Positions 46,656 to 55,303 of a DNA stretch of 64,000 bases are shown piece by piece. Every line of letters begins with the position of its first letter. Position 1 is the first letter of the stretch. The stretch is from contig JAIWAR010000001.1 of NCBI GenBank assembly GCA_048634245.1, positions 13,889 through 77,888 on the forward strand, in the 5' to 3' direction. The notes below the pieces were generated by a model. The model was not told the DNA's origin. It did no database searches and worked only from the letters and a program-made list of their open reading frames with translations. A program made the position numbers and the translations under genes. This DNA is from Methanosarcinales archaeon (GTDB lineage: Bacteria > Omnitrophota > Gorgyraeia > Duberdicusellales > 4484-171).

Positions 46656-46745
46656 ATGCCTTGCGGGAAGAAAAAAAAATTAAAGAAAGTAAAAAGACAC
46701 TGGTTTAAAAAGAGAAGAAAACAGCAAAGACATAAGGCGAAATAA
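46656..46745 (+). CDS. Unannotated 29 aa highly basic peptide (MPCGKKKKLKKVKRHWFKKRRKQQRHKAK)
   Basis: GGAG ribosome-binding site 6 nt upstream of the ATG. Absent from the ORF track because of its length. Ribosomal-protein-like composition. Confidence 0.3.
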   Translation: MPCGKKKKLKKVKRHWFKKRRKQQRHKAK

Positions 46746-46751
46746 TCAGTA

Positions 46752-47720
46752 ATGAGATTTTTTCTGATATTAATTATTTCCTGCTTCATTACTCCTTTAT
46801 CCTTTTCTCAAAGTCAAAGGCCTCTCACCGTTCTTTACAGCCATTATTTAAAAGGCCTGGTTTATGTCGAAAAAGGGGAATATCTTCAGGGATTAAAAGA
46901 ATTGGAAATTGCCAAAGCCCAAGACCCTAAATCTGCCCATATTCGTTTAAAAATAGCCTCGGTTTTAATTCGTCTGAATCGCCTTGAGCAAGCCGAAATA
47001 GTTCTAAAGGAAGCTAAAGCAATTGATCCTGATAACCTGGATATTCCTTTAGCTTTAATTTTGGTTTACTCTTACGGAGAAAAGAATGAAGAGCTGGAGG
47101 AGGAATATGAAGAATTTCTAAGTAAAGCTCATGAAAAGAAACCCGAAGACATAGGTATATCCGAATATTTAGCTCAATTTTATTTTTATAAAAAAAGGCC
47201 TCAAGAAGCGATTAAAGCATATGAGAAAATCTTAGAAATTAATCCTAATTATGTGGAAGCGTTTTTTTGGCTGGGTTTTCTTTATGATGAGTGCGGCCAA
47301 CACGAAAAAGCCTTAAAGACCTGGGAAAGAGGCAGGGATATTGATCCTTCTTTTGCTCCCATTTTAAATTGCTTAGGTTATGCTTATGCTCAGGCGGGGA
47401 TAAATCTGGATGAAGCTTTAGGGATGGTAAAAAAAGCCCTGGAAAAAGAGCCGAAAAACGGGGCTTACCTAGACAGCTTAGGGTGGGTGTATTTCAAAAA
47501 AGGGGAATTGGAGAAAGCCAAAAAGTATATTATTGAAGCTCTGGATTTGGTTAAGGATCCTGATATTTATGAACACCTGGGAGATATTTATATTGAGATG
47601 GGTGATAGGGAGACAGGGGTTGATTATTATAAAAAAGGGCTTTTGCAATTCTCTGATTCTGAAGATTTAAAATTAAAAGTCAAAAGATATGAAAAAGAAG
47701 ATAAACCTTCTGAAGAGTAA
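46752..47720 (+). CDS. Secreted TPR-repeat protein
   Basis: Signal peptide followed by multiple 34-aa TPR repeats. Confidence 0.7.
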   Translation: MRFFLILIISCFITPLSFSQSQRPLTVLYSHYLKGLVYVEKGEYLQGLKELEIAKAQDPKSAHIRLKIASVLIRLNRLEQAEIVLKEAKAIDPDNLDIPLALILVYSYGEKNEELEEEYEEFLSKAHEKKPEDIGISEYLAQFYFYKKRPQEAIKAYEKILEINPNYVEAFFWLGFLYDECGQHEKALKTWERGRDIDPSFAPILNCLGYAYAQAGINLDEALGMVKKALEKEPKNGAYLDSLGWVYFKKGELEKAKKYIIEALDLVKDPDIYEHLGDIYIEMGDRETGVDYYKKGLLQFSDSEDLKLKVKRYEKEDKPSEE

Positions 47721-48522
47721 AGCCAATATAATCAGAAAGTCGATTATCAAGATGCTAGCTGAGGCTAAGAGCGGGCATCCCGGAGGATCTCTTTCCGCGA
47801 CCGAAATTGTTACTTGTCTTTATTTTGAAATTATGAATCACAGGCCTAAGGAACCGGATTGGCCGGATAGAGACCGGTTTCATCTTTCTAAAGGGCATTG
47901 CTGTCCTGTTGTTTATTCGGCTTTAGCATTGAGCGGGTATTTTTCTGCTGATAAGCTGATGAGTTTGCGAAAACTTGGTTGTCTTCTCCAGGGCCATCCT
48001 GACCGAAATACTCCCGGTATAGAAGCAGCCAGCGGTTCTTTGGGCCAAGGTTTATCTATTGCTTCGGGTATGAGCTTAGCAGCTAAGATTGATAAGAGAG
48101 ATTATCGTGTTTATTGCCTCATGGGGGATGGCGAACTTCAGGAAGGGAATATTTGGGAAGCAGCGATGTCAGCAGCTCATTTTAAATTAGATAATCTTTG
48201 CGGAATTGTGGATTATAATCACTTTCAGATTGATGGAAGAATTGAAGAGATAATGGAGTTAGCGCCGTTGGTAGATAAATGGGAATCTTTTGGCTGGTAT
48301 GTTATTCAGTGTGATGGACATAATATAGAAGAATTACTTAAGGCGTTTGCAAAAGCAAAAACTATTAAGCAAAAACCTACGGTAATTATTGCCGATACGA
48401 TCAAGGGTAAGGGGGTATCGTTTATGGAAGGCGTGGTTGATTTTCACGGGAGAGCTCCCACTGAAGAAGAAAAAAGCATTGCTTTAGGCGAGTTGGACAA
48501 AAACGATAAAGAGGAAGAGTAA
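47689..48522 (+). CDS. Transketolase, N-terminal (TPP-binding) subunit
   Basis: GHPGGSLS and GDGELQEGN TPP motifs. Split-gene form. Confidence 0.9.
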   Translation: MKKKINLLKSKANIIRKSIIKMLAEAKSGHPGGSLSATEIVTCLYFEIMNHRPKEPDWPDRDRFHLSKGHCCPVVYSALALSGYFSADKLMSLRKLGCLLQGHPDRNTPGIEAASGSLGQGLSIASGMSLAAKIDKRDYRVYCLMGDGELQEGNIWEAAMSAAHFKLDNLCGIVDYNHFQIDGRIEEIMELAPLVDKWESFGWYVIQCDGHNIEELLKAFAKAKTIKQKPTVIIADTIKGKGVSFMEGVVDFHGRAPTEEEKSIALGELDKNDKEEE

Positions 48523-49448
48523 TGGAAAAGGTATATTCTCGTGATACTTACGGAAAAACGCTTCTGGAATTGGGTAAAAAAGATAAGGACGTAATAGTTT
48601 TAGATGCTGATCTTTCCGGCTCAACGCGTACTTCTTTTTTTCGTCGAGAATTTCCTGAGAGATTTTTTAATTTTGGCGTTGCTGAACAAAATATGATGGC
48701 TACCGCCGCCGGTCTGGCTAGTTGCGGTAAGATTGTTTTTGTTTCTACATTTGCCATGTTCGCTACAGCCAGAGCCTTAGATCAGGTAAGGAATTCAATC
48801 TGTTATAATAATTTTAATGTTAAAATTGTAGCTACACATAGCGGAATAACTGTAGGTGAAGACGGTGCGTCACATCAGGCCTTAGAAGATATTAATTTTG
48901 TCAGGGCAATCCCCAATATAAAGATAATTGTTCCTGCTGATGCTCCTCAGGCCAAAGATGCAGTTATTGCCGCGTATGAAAACCCCGGGCCGTTTTATAT
49001 TCGTTTAGGCCGTTCAAAGATTCCTACGCTTAAGATAAAGGATAAGTTTATTTGTGGAAAGGGACAGGTAATCGAAGAGGGTAAAGAATTAGCAATAATT
49101 GCCTGCGGTATTATGGTCTATGAAGCGCTAAAGGCGCGGGAAATTTTAAAAGAAAAAGGAATATCAGCAACAGTAGTGAATCTTCATACCATAAAGCCGA
49201 TTGACGAGGATTTACTTGTAAATATCGCTGCTTCGCATAAGAAGATTCTTGTTTGTGAAGAGCATCAGGTTACCGGCGGCCTTTTTTCAGCTGTATCTGA
49301 GGTGTTGATTCGCAAGCGTCCGACACAGATTGAGCGTATCGGGATAGAGGATGAATTTGGCCAATCCGGTTCACCTCAGGAGTTGATGGATTTTTATGGC
49401 CTCTCCGCTAATTGTATCGCTGAGAAAGCACAAAAATTTTTGCGGTAG
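48522..49448 (+). CDS. Transketolase, C-terminal subunit
   Basis: Pyrimidine-binding and C-terminal transketolase domains. Contiguous with the N-terminal subunit gene. Confidence 0.9.
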   Translation: MEKVYSRDTYGKTLLELGKKDKDVIVLDADLSGSTRTSFFRREFPERFFNFGVAEQNMMATAAGLASCGKIVFVSTFAMFATARALDQVRNSICYNNFNVKIVATHSGITVGEDGASHQALEDINFVRAIPNIKIIVPADAPQAKDAVIAAYENPGPFYIRLGRSKIPTLKIKDKFICGKGQVIEEGKELAIIACGIMVYEALKAREILKEKGISATVVNLHTIKPIDEDLLVNIAASHKKILVCEEHQVTGGLFSAVSEVLIRKRPTQIERIGIEDEFGQSGSPQELMDFYGLSANCIAEKAQKFLR

Positions 49449-50400
49449 CAAAATCAAGATTCTAAGCCCTGCTAAAATAAACCTCTACCTTAATATAAGA
49501 GGAAAATATCCCGGTGGATTCTGTCGCCTAGAAAGTATCGTTGAGCGTATTTCTTTATGCGATGAGATTTCAATTATAGTAAAATCTCCTTCTGCGATAA
49601 ATATATCCTCAAACGATAAAAACTTAGAAACCAGCGAGAATCTTGCGTTTAAGGCAGCCTATCTTCTAAAACGGCGGCTTAAGATTCCTTTTGGTTTTGA
49701 TATTTTTCTTAAAAAAAATATCCCCATAGGTTCAGGATTGGGAGGCGGTTCTTCCAATGCCGCCAGTACTCTTTTGGGGTTGAATGAATTGCTTAATTTA
49801 GAGTTGGGAAAACAAGAACTCTATTCTTTAGGCGCTAAATTAGGCAGCGATGTTAATTTTTTCCTTTCCCAGAGTCAATTCGCTTTTCTAGAGGGAAGAG
49901 GTGAAAAAATAACTCCTTTTAGGGTAAAGAATAAATTTCATCATTTTATTATCTGGCCGGGAATAGCTATATCTACAAAAAAGGTCTATGCCGCTTTGAA
50001 AGTAAACCTTGCCGGAAGTATCTCGCTCGCCAATAAAAAGAGTAAACTTTGTAACGGGGCAAAATTGACAAAATTTTTTAATAATGATAAGATATTGAGG
50101 TATGCTCTTAAGAAAGGGGATATTTTTTTGATTAAAAAAAATATCTATAATACTTTAGAAAAAAAGGCTTTTGGCTTAAGCGGGAAGTTAAGGAAGGCGA
50201 AAACATTCTTAAAGAGGCAGGGTGTATTTTCAAAAGTAACCGGTTCAGGAAGTGCGCTTTATACGGTCGGCAATGTTATTTCTTTATCTAAGATAAACCC
50301 CGTTAGAGATGGGGTGTCTTTAGACGGCCGTTTATCTCTAAGCGGGGTAAAAAGATTGGTACCCAAAAAGTGGGTTGTATTTGAAGTTATAACTTTTTAA
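49396..50400 (+). CDS. ispE: 4-diphosphocytidyl-2-C-methyl-D-erythritol kinase (start uncertain; possibly an internal non-ATG codon)
   Basis: PAKINLYLNI and GHMP motif PIGSGLGGGSSNAAS. Confidence 0.8.
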   Translation: MASPLIVSLRKHKNFCGSKIKILSPAKINLYLNIRGKYPGGFCRLESIVERISLCDEISIIVKSPSAINISSNDKNLETSENLAFKAAYLLKRRLKIPFGFDIFLKKNIPIGSGLGGGSSNAASTLLGLNELLNLELGKQELYSLGAKLGSDVNFFLSQSQFAFLEGRGEKITPFRVKNKFHHFIIWPGIAISTKKVYAALKVNLAGSISLANKKSKLCNGAKLTKFFNNDKILRYALKKGDIFLIKKNIYNTLEKKAFGLSGKLRKAKTFLKRQGVFSKVTGSGSALYTVGNVISLSKINPVRDGVSLDGRLSLSGVKRLVPKKWVVFEVITF

Positions 50401-50415
50401 CTGGAGGTCAATTCT

Positions 50416-50823
50416 ATGGAGATTACAGAAGTCAGGGTTTCTCTTCGAGAAAGTGAAGGCAAAAGGCTTAAAGCTTATGCGACAATTACCTTTGATAATT
50501 CTTTTGTAGTAAGAAATATCAAGGTTATTGAAGGCAACAACGGTTTATTTGTCGCAATGCCGGCAAGAAAATTAAAACAATTCTGTCCTCGGTGTGGCAA
50601 GAAGGTCGATGTGGGCGGCCAGTATTGTAGCCATTGCGGAGTGCAATTACCTCCCTCTTCTCCTTCCCGGGATACTGAAGACAGCCGGCACGCAACGCAT
50701 CAAGATTTAGCGCATCCTATTAATCAGGAATTTCGTGATTATTTGCAGAGTAAAGTTTTAGATGCTTACCATAACGAAAAATCATCATCGAAAAGTGAGC
50801 CTGCAAATGAAGAGGCCGCATAG
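50416..50823 (+). CDS. spoVG: SpoVG-family protein carrying an inserted C4 zinc ribbon
   Basis: N-terminus MEITEVRV...FVVRNIKVIEGNNGLFVAMP and C-terminal LAHPINQEFRDYLQSKVLDAYHNE are canonical SpoVG. Between them lies CPRCGKK...CSHCG. Confidence 0.8.
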   Translation: MEITEVRVSLRESEGKRLKAYATITFDNSFVVRNIKVIEGNNGLFVAMPARKLKQFCPRCGKKVDVGGQYCSHCGVQLPPSSPSRDTEDSRHATHQDLAHPINQEFRDYLQSKVLDAYHNEKSSSKSEPANEEAA

Positions 50824-50843
50824 CTTATAGTTTAAAAACAAGC

Positions 50844-50918
50844 TGCCCGGTGGTGTAATCGGTAACACATCAGGTTTTGGATCTGAGTTTCCTGGTTCGA
50901 GTCCAGGCCGGGCAACCA
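50844..50918 (+). tRNA. tRNA-Gln (anticodon UUG), CCA encoded
   Basis: Manual fold: acceptor stem TGCCCGG/CCGGGCA, D-arm GTGT/ACAC, anticodon stem TCAGG/TCTGA with loop TTTTGGA, T-arm CCTGG-TTCGAGT-CCAGG, discriminator A, then CCA. Confidence 0.85.
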
Positions 50919-50969
50919 ATTTCTTACTTTTTTTAGTAGTTGATTTTGTGAATAAAAAGCAAAATAATT

Positions 50970-51105
50970 TTCCCGGTGGTGTAATCGGTAACACATCAGG
51001 TTTTGGATCTGAGTTTCCTGGTTGAGCGACCGAGCGACGTGCGATAAAAGAAGGCGAGTTAAGCGAGGGAGTGCCGGGTAATCTCGGCGCCAGGCCCGGC
51101 AACCA
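50970..51105 (+). pseudogene. Second tRNA-Gln(UUG) copy disrupted by a ~68 nt replacement inside the T-loop, with two acceptor-stem mismatches
   Basis: The 5' end through the anticodon arm and the T-stem 5' half is identical to the upstream tRNA. After CCTGGTT the sequence diverges (GAGCGACCGAGCGACG...) before rejoining at CAGGCCCGGCAACCA. Confidence 0.5.
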
Positions 51106-51148
51106 TTTTTTTACCTACACTATAATACCCTCCAATGAAAAAATAGAG

Positions 51149-52975
51149 ATGAGTGTATTAATTAATCAAGATAAACAGCAAATATACAGGCTCTTACATA
51201 AGTACTGGGGGTATAACTCATTTCTTCCTTTACAGGAAGAAACGATTTTATCCATATTACAGGGTGAAGATAGCTTGACCTTGCTGCCTACAGGCGGCGG
51301 TAAATCTTTGTGTTTTCAATTACCGGCTTTATTAAAGAAAGGCATGGCTGTGGTTGTTTCTCCTTTGATTTCTCTGATGAAGGATCAGGTAGATAATCTT
51401 AAAAGTATGGGAGTAGCTTCGGTCTATTTAAATTCCAGTTTATCTTACGAGCAGCAAGCATTAGCTATGGAACAAATTTATCAAGGGAAGATAAAGCTTT
51501 TATATATTTCTCCTGAACGGTTACAAAATGAGCTGACTATAGAATTACTGGAATCTACCGCGCTTTCTTTTTTTGTAATTGATGAAGCTCATTGCGTAAG
51601 CCATTGGGGGCATGATTTCAGAGCGGACTATCGAAACCTTAAGACGATCAAAGAAAAATTTAACTCTGTAAGCGTCCACGCTTTTACTGCTACTGCAGTT
51701 CGGGAAGTGCAGGTTGATATTATAGAGCAATTAAAGTTTATCAATCCCAAAATTCATATTGGCCGGGTGGACCGTCCTAATTTAGTTTATAGAGTATTAC
51801 CGCGTAAGCAAATATTAAAACAGATAATCGATGTTTTAAATAAACACCGTGATGAAGCCGGTATTATATATTGTTTGCGGCGCAAAGATGTAGATAGCAT
51901 TTCAGGTGATTTAAAAAATCTTGGGATTAAAAATGTCAGCTATCATGCCGGCATGTCAGATAAAGAACGCCATATGGCTCAGGAGAAATTTGCCCGTGAA
52001 GAGATAAATATAATTGTAGCTACAATAGCCTTTGGTATGGGGATTGACCGTTCTAATATTCGTTTTATTATTCATACCGGTATGCCCAAGAGCATTGAGC
52101 ACTATCAACAGGAGACAGGACGGGCCGGAAGGGATGGCCTTTTGGCTTCTTGTTATTTGTTTTACGGCGGAGGGGATTATCGATTATGGAGTTTTTTTGC
52201 TGAAGAATCTTCTGAGCGGAAAGTGTTGATAGAAAAGTTACGTTCTATGTATAATTTTTGCACTCAGCCCCAATGCCGGCACAGAGTATTGGTGAATTAT
52301 TTTAATCAGAGTTATAATAAACATTCTTGTTGTGCGTGTGATTATTGCTTAAATGAGCTTGAGATGGTTGATAACGCGCTTGTTATAGGACAGAAAGTAT
52401 TATCTTGTGTGACTGATGTAAGATATGAGCATTATGGTTTTGGCGCAGGTTATGTGACAGATGTATTAAAAGGCAAACTTACTGAGAAGATAAAATATGC
52501 AGGGCATCATAATCTATCAGTTTTCGGCACAATGCAAGAAGAGTCAGAACCTTTTATCCGGTATATGATTGAACAATTAACCGGCCAGGGCTTTTTATCT
52601 AAAGAAAGGGAGTTTTCCACGCTCCTGGTAACTGATACAGGAAAACAATTGTTAAACGGGGAGCTGCTTCCGATGCTGGCTAAGCCTTTGCTGAGAACTA
52701 AGAAAAAAGAGACTACAAAAAAGAGTAGGGAAAAACGGGAGATAGAATGGAGCGGGGTAGATCAGGAGTTATTCCAAATATTACGCGAAAAAAGAACAGA
52801 ACTTGCCAAAAAAAAAGGTGTTCCGGCATATATTATATTCGGTGATAAACCACTAAGAGATATGGCGGCAAAAAAGCCTTTAACCAAAGAAGCTTTTTCT
52901 GGTATTTACGGTGTAGGCGAGAATAAATTAAAATCTTACGCCGATATATTTATTAAAATCATTAGAGATTATTAG
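51149..52975 (+). CDS. recQ: ATP-dependent DNA helicase RecQ (the ORF track start at 51071 overlaps the tRNA relic; M at 51149 is preferred)
   Basis: Motif I LPTGGGKSLCFQLPAL, DEAH box (VIDEAHCVSHWGHDFR), RecQ zinc-binding cysteines, and a C-terminal HRDC domain. Confidence 0.85.
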   Translation: MSVLINQDKQQIYRLLHKYWGYNSFLPLQEETILSILQGEDSLTLLPTGGGKSLCFQLPALLKKGMAVVVSPLISLMKDQVDNLKSMGVASVYLNSSLSYEQQALAMEQIYQGKIKLLYISPERLQNELTIELLESTALSFFVIDEAHCVSHWGHDFRADYRNLKTIKEKFNSVSVHAFTATAVREVQVDIIEQLKFINPKIHIGRVDRPNLVYRVLPRKQILKQIIDVLNKHRDEAGIIYCLRRKDVDSISGDLKNLGIKNVSYHAGMSDKERHMAQEKFAREEINIIVATIAFGMGIDRSNIRFIIHTGMPKSIEHYQQETGRAGRDGLLASCYLFYGGGDYRLWSFFAEESSERKVLIEKLRSMYNFCTQPQCRHRVLVNYFNQSYNKHSCCACDYCLNELEMVDNALVIGQKVLSCVTDVRYEHYGFGAGYVTDVLKGKLTEKIKYAGHHNLSVFGTMQEESEPFIRYMIEQLTGQGFLSKEREFSTLLVTDTGKQLLNGELLPMLAKPLLRTKKKETTKKSREKREIEWSGVDQELFQILREKRTELAKKKGVPAYIIFGDKPLRDMAAKKPLTKEAFSGIYGVGENKLKSYADIFIKIIRDY

Positions 52976-53053
52976 TATTATTTACGAAGCGTGATTGATG
53001 TCTGTTTCTTTTTCTTGCAATTAGGGGTGGTAGTGGGTAGAATTTAGGTAAGT

Positions 53054-54349
53054 ATGGAAAATTTTACAGCGATAATTTTAGCCGGCGGAGAGGGTAAGAG
53101 GATGAAGTCAACTTCTGCCAAAGCTCTTTATGATTTGATGGGCCAGCCGTTAATCTATTATCCCTTAAAAGAAGCATTGAGGTTAAAGAAATATATTAAA
53201 GAGATAATTGTTGTAACAGGACATGAGGCTGCGCTGGTTGAGGAGAAAGTAAGAAAATGCTTTTTGGGCAAGGGTAAAATAAAATTTGTCTATCAACCCC
53301 AAAGATTAGGGACCGCTAATGCTTTGGAGATAGCTTACAAAAAAGCAAAGTATCAGAACACTTTGGTTCTTTGCGTAGATACTCCTTTGATAAGGGCTCA
53401 GACTCTTAGGGCATTTATGCTGTCTTTTTTAAAGCAGAAATCATCTTGCTCAGTGCTTACTGCTGATATGGTTTCAGAAAATTCGCTTGGGGTTATTTTA
53501 AAAGGTGAGAAGGGAGAGCTAAGGGCTATTAGAGAAAAAATTTCGTCTAATTTTAAAGCAGAAAAAAGCGGTTTAAAGGATATTAGCGAAGAGGTGAATA
53601 GCGGAATATATTGCTTTAAGCGTAAGGCGTTAAAAAAGAATATATTTCGGATAAAAAAGAATAAAGTGAAGAACGAATATTTTCTCACTGATATAGTGGA
53701 AATTCTTTATAAGCAAGGGGAGAAGCCGGATACTTATTTTTTAGATAATTTTGAGGAAATTTCAGGTATAAATACTCAAAAAGACCTTTGGAAAGCAGCT
53801 AAAGCGATGCGTTACAGGCTGTTAGAAGAATTTGCAGCCTCGGGAGTTAAGATTATTGACCCGGAAACTACTTTTGTTGAGACTGGGGTGGTAATCGGGA
53901 AAAATACCATAATTTACCCCTTTACCTTCATTGAAAAAGGTGTTATAATTGGCAGCAATTGTTCCCTGGGTCCATATATACGGTTACGAGGAGGCAGCTT
54001 TATTGGGAATGATACTCAGGTGGGCAACTTTCTGGAAATAAACCGTACCCGAATAGGAAGAAAAGTGAAGGTAAAGCACTTTGGTTATTTGGGGGATACA
54101 CAAATAGCTGAGGGAGTTAATATTGGTGCCGGAACAGTAGTAGCTAACTACGACGGTAAATCAAAACAAAAGACCAAAATTAACAAAGGCGCTTTTATCG
54201 GGTCCGATACTGTTTTAGTGGCGCCGGTTAAAGTGGGTGAAGGCGCGGTTACCGGAGCCGGGAGTGTGGTAATTAAAGATATTAAGCCTAATACGATAGT
54301 AGTGGGTGTTCCGGCAAAGAAGTTAAGAAAAAAGGGAAAAAGAGGGTAG
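53054..54349 (+). CDS. glmU: Bifunctional GlcNAc-1-P uridyltransferase / GlcN-1-P acetyltransferase
   Basis: AIILAGGEGKRMKS pyrophosphorylase motif. C-terminal left-handed beta-helix hexapeptide repeats. Confidence 0.85.
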   Translation: MENFTAIILAGGEGKRMKSTSAKALYDLMGQPLIYYPLKEALRLKKYIKEIIVVTGHEAALVEEKVRKCFLGKGKIKFVYQPQRLGTANALEIAYKKAKYQNTLVLCVDTPLIRAQTLRAFMLSFLKQKSSCSVLTADMVSENSLGVILKGEKGELRAIREKISSNFKAEKSGLKDISEEVNSGIYCFKRKALKKNIFRIKKNKVKNEYFLTDIVEILYKQGEKPDTYFLDNFEEISGINTQKDLWKAAKAMRYRLLEEFAASGVKIIDPETTFVETGVVIGKNTIIYPFTFIEKGVIIGSNCSLGPYIRLRGGSFIGNDTQVGNFLEINRTRIGRKVKVKHFGYLGDTQIAEGVNIGAGTVVANYDGKSKQKTKINKGAFIGSDTVLVAPVKVGEGAVTGAGSVVIKDIKPNTIVVGVPAKKLRKKGKRG

Positions 54350-54352
54350 GAT

Positions 54353-55291
54353 ATGGATAAGATGGTAGTTTTTAGCGGTACAGCCAATAAGAAATTAGCT
54401 GAGAAGATTTCTAAGAGTTTAAAGGTCAAACTGGGAAAATTAGCTGTTTCCCGCTTTAGCGATGGAGAAGTCGGGGTAAAGGTTTATGAGAACGTAAGAG
54501 GAAAAGATGTTTTTATTATCCAGTCTACTTGTACGCCGGTAAATGAAAATTTAATGGAGTTGTTAATTATTCTTGATGCTTTGCGCCGGGCTTCTGCTTC
54601 CAGAATAACCGTAGTAATTCCTTACTTTGGCTATGCTCGCCAAGATAGAAAAGACCAGCCCAGGGTTCCGATTACCGCTAAGCTGGTAGCTAATATTTTA
54701 GATAGTGCCGGAGCGAATCGAGTATTAACTTTGGATTTACACGCCGGGCAGATTCAGGGTTTTTTTGATATCCCCGTGGATCATCTCTACGGAATTAATA
54801 CTATTGTGGATTATTTTCGGAGAATAAAGATTAATAATTTAACAATTGTTTCTCCTGATGTGGGAGGAATAAAGATGGCCCGGGCTTATGCTAAAAGATT
54901 TCGGGCCGGGTTGGCGATTGTTGATAAGAGAAGGAATACTCCCGAAGCTACAGAGGTTATGCATATATTAGGAGAGGTTGAAGGCAAGAATGTTATTATA
55001 GTTGATGATATAGTCGCTACCGGTTCATCTTTAATCGAGGCGGCTAAAGCTTTAAAGAAATCCGGAGCAAAGAAGATATTTGCCGCTATTACTCACGGCA
55101 TTTTGTCTAACGGCGCGGCAGATAAAATAGATAAATCTTGCATTGATTCGTTGATAATCACCGATTCTATTCCTTTGGACGGGAGTAAGAAGTCTAAAAA
55201 GATAAAGGTTGTTTCCGTAGGCAGTCTTTTTGCCGAGGCAATAAAGAGAATCCATTTTGAAAAATCAATAAGTGTACTTTTTGATCAATAG
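54353..55291 (+). CDS. prs: Ribose-phosphate pyrophosphokinase
   Basis: Prs family. PRPP-binding loop DDIVATGSSL. Confidence 0.9.
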   Translation: MDKMVVFSGTANKKLAEKISKSLKVKLGKLAVSRFSDGEVGVKVYENVRGKDVFIIQSTCTPVNENLMELLIILDALRRASASRITVVIPYFGYARQDRKDQPRVPITAKLVANILDSAGANRVLTLDLHAGQIQGFFDIPVDHLYGINTIVDYFRRIKINNLTIVSPDVGGIKMARAYAKRFRAGLAIVDKRRNTPEATEVMHILGEVEGKNVIIVDDIVATGSSLIEAAKALKKSGAKKIFAAITHGILSNGAADKIDKSCIDSLIITDSIPLDGSKKSKKIKVVSVGSLFAEAIKRIHFEKSISVLFDQ

Positions 55292-55303
55292 GGAGATAAT
55301 ATT

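Noticed and set aside
50785-51102. 105 aa minus-strand ORF with an internal repeat (PGLEPGNSDPKPDVLPITPPG x2)
   Set aside because: It is simply the translation of the two tRNA-Gln copies on the opposite strand. The repeat in the protein mirrors the duplicated tRNA sequence.
51071-51148. ORF-track N-terminal extension of recQ (MPGNLGARPGNHFF...)
   Set aside because: It overlaps the disrupted tRNA copy and has no helicase similarity. The conserved RecQ N-terminus begins at M 51149, after an in-frame ATGAAAAAATAG mini-ORF.
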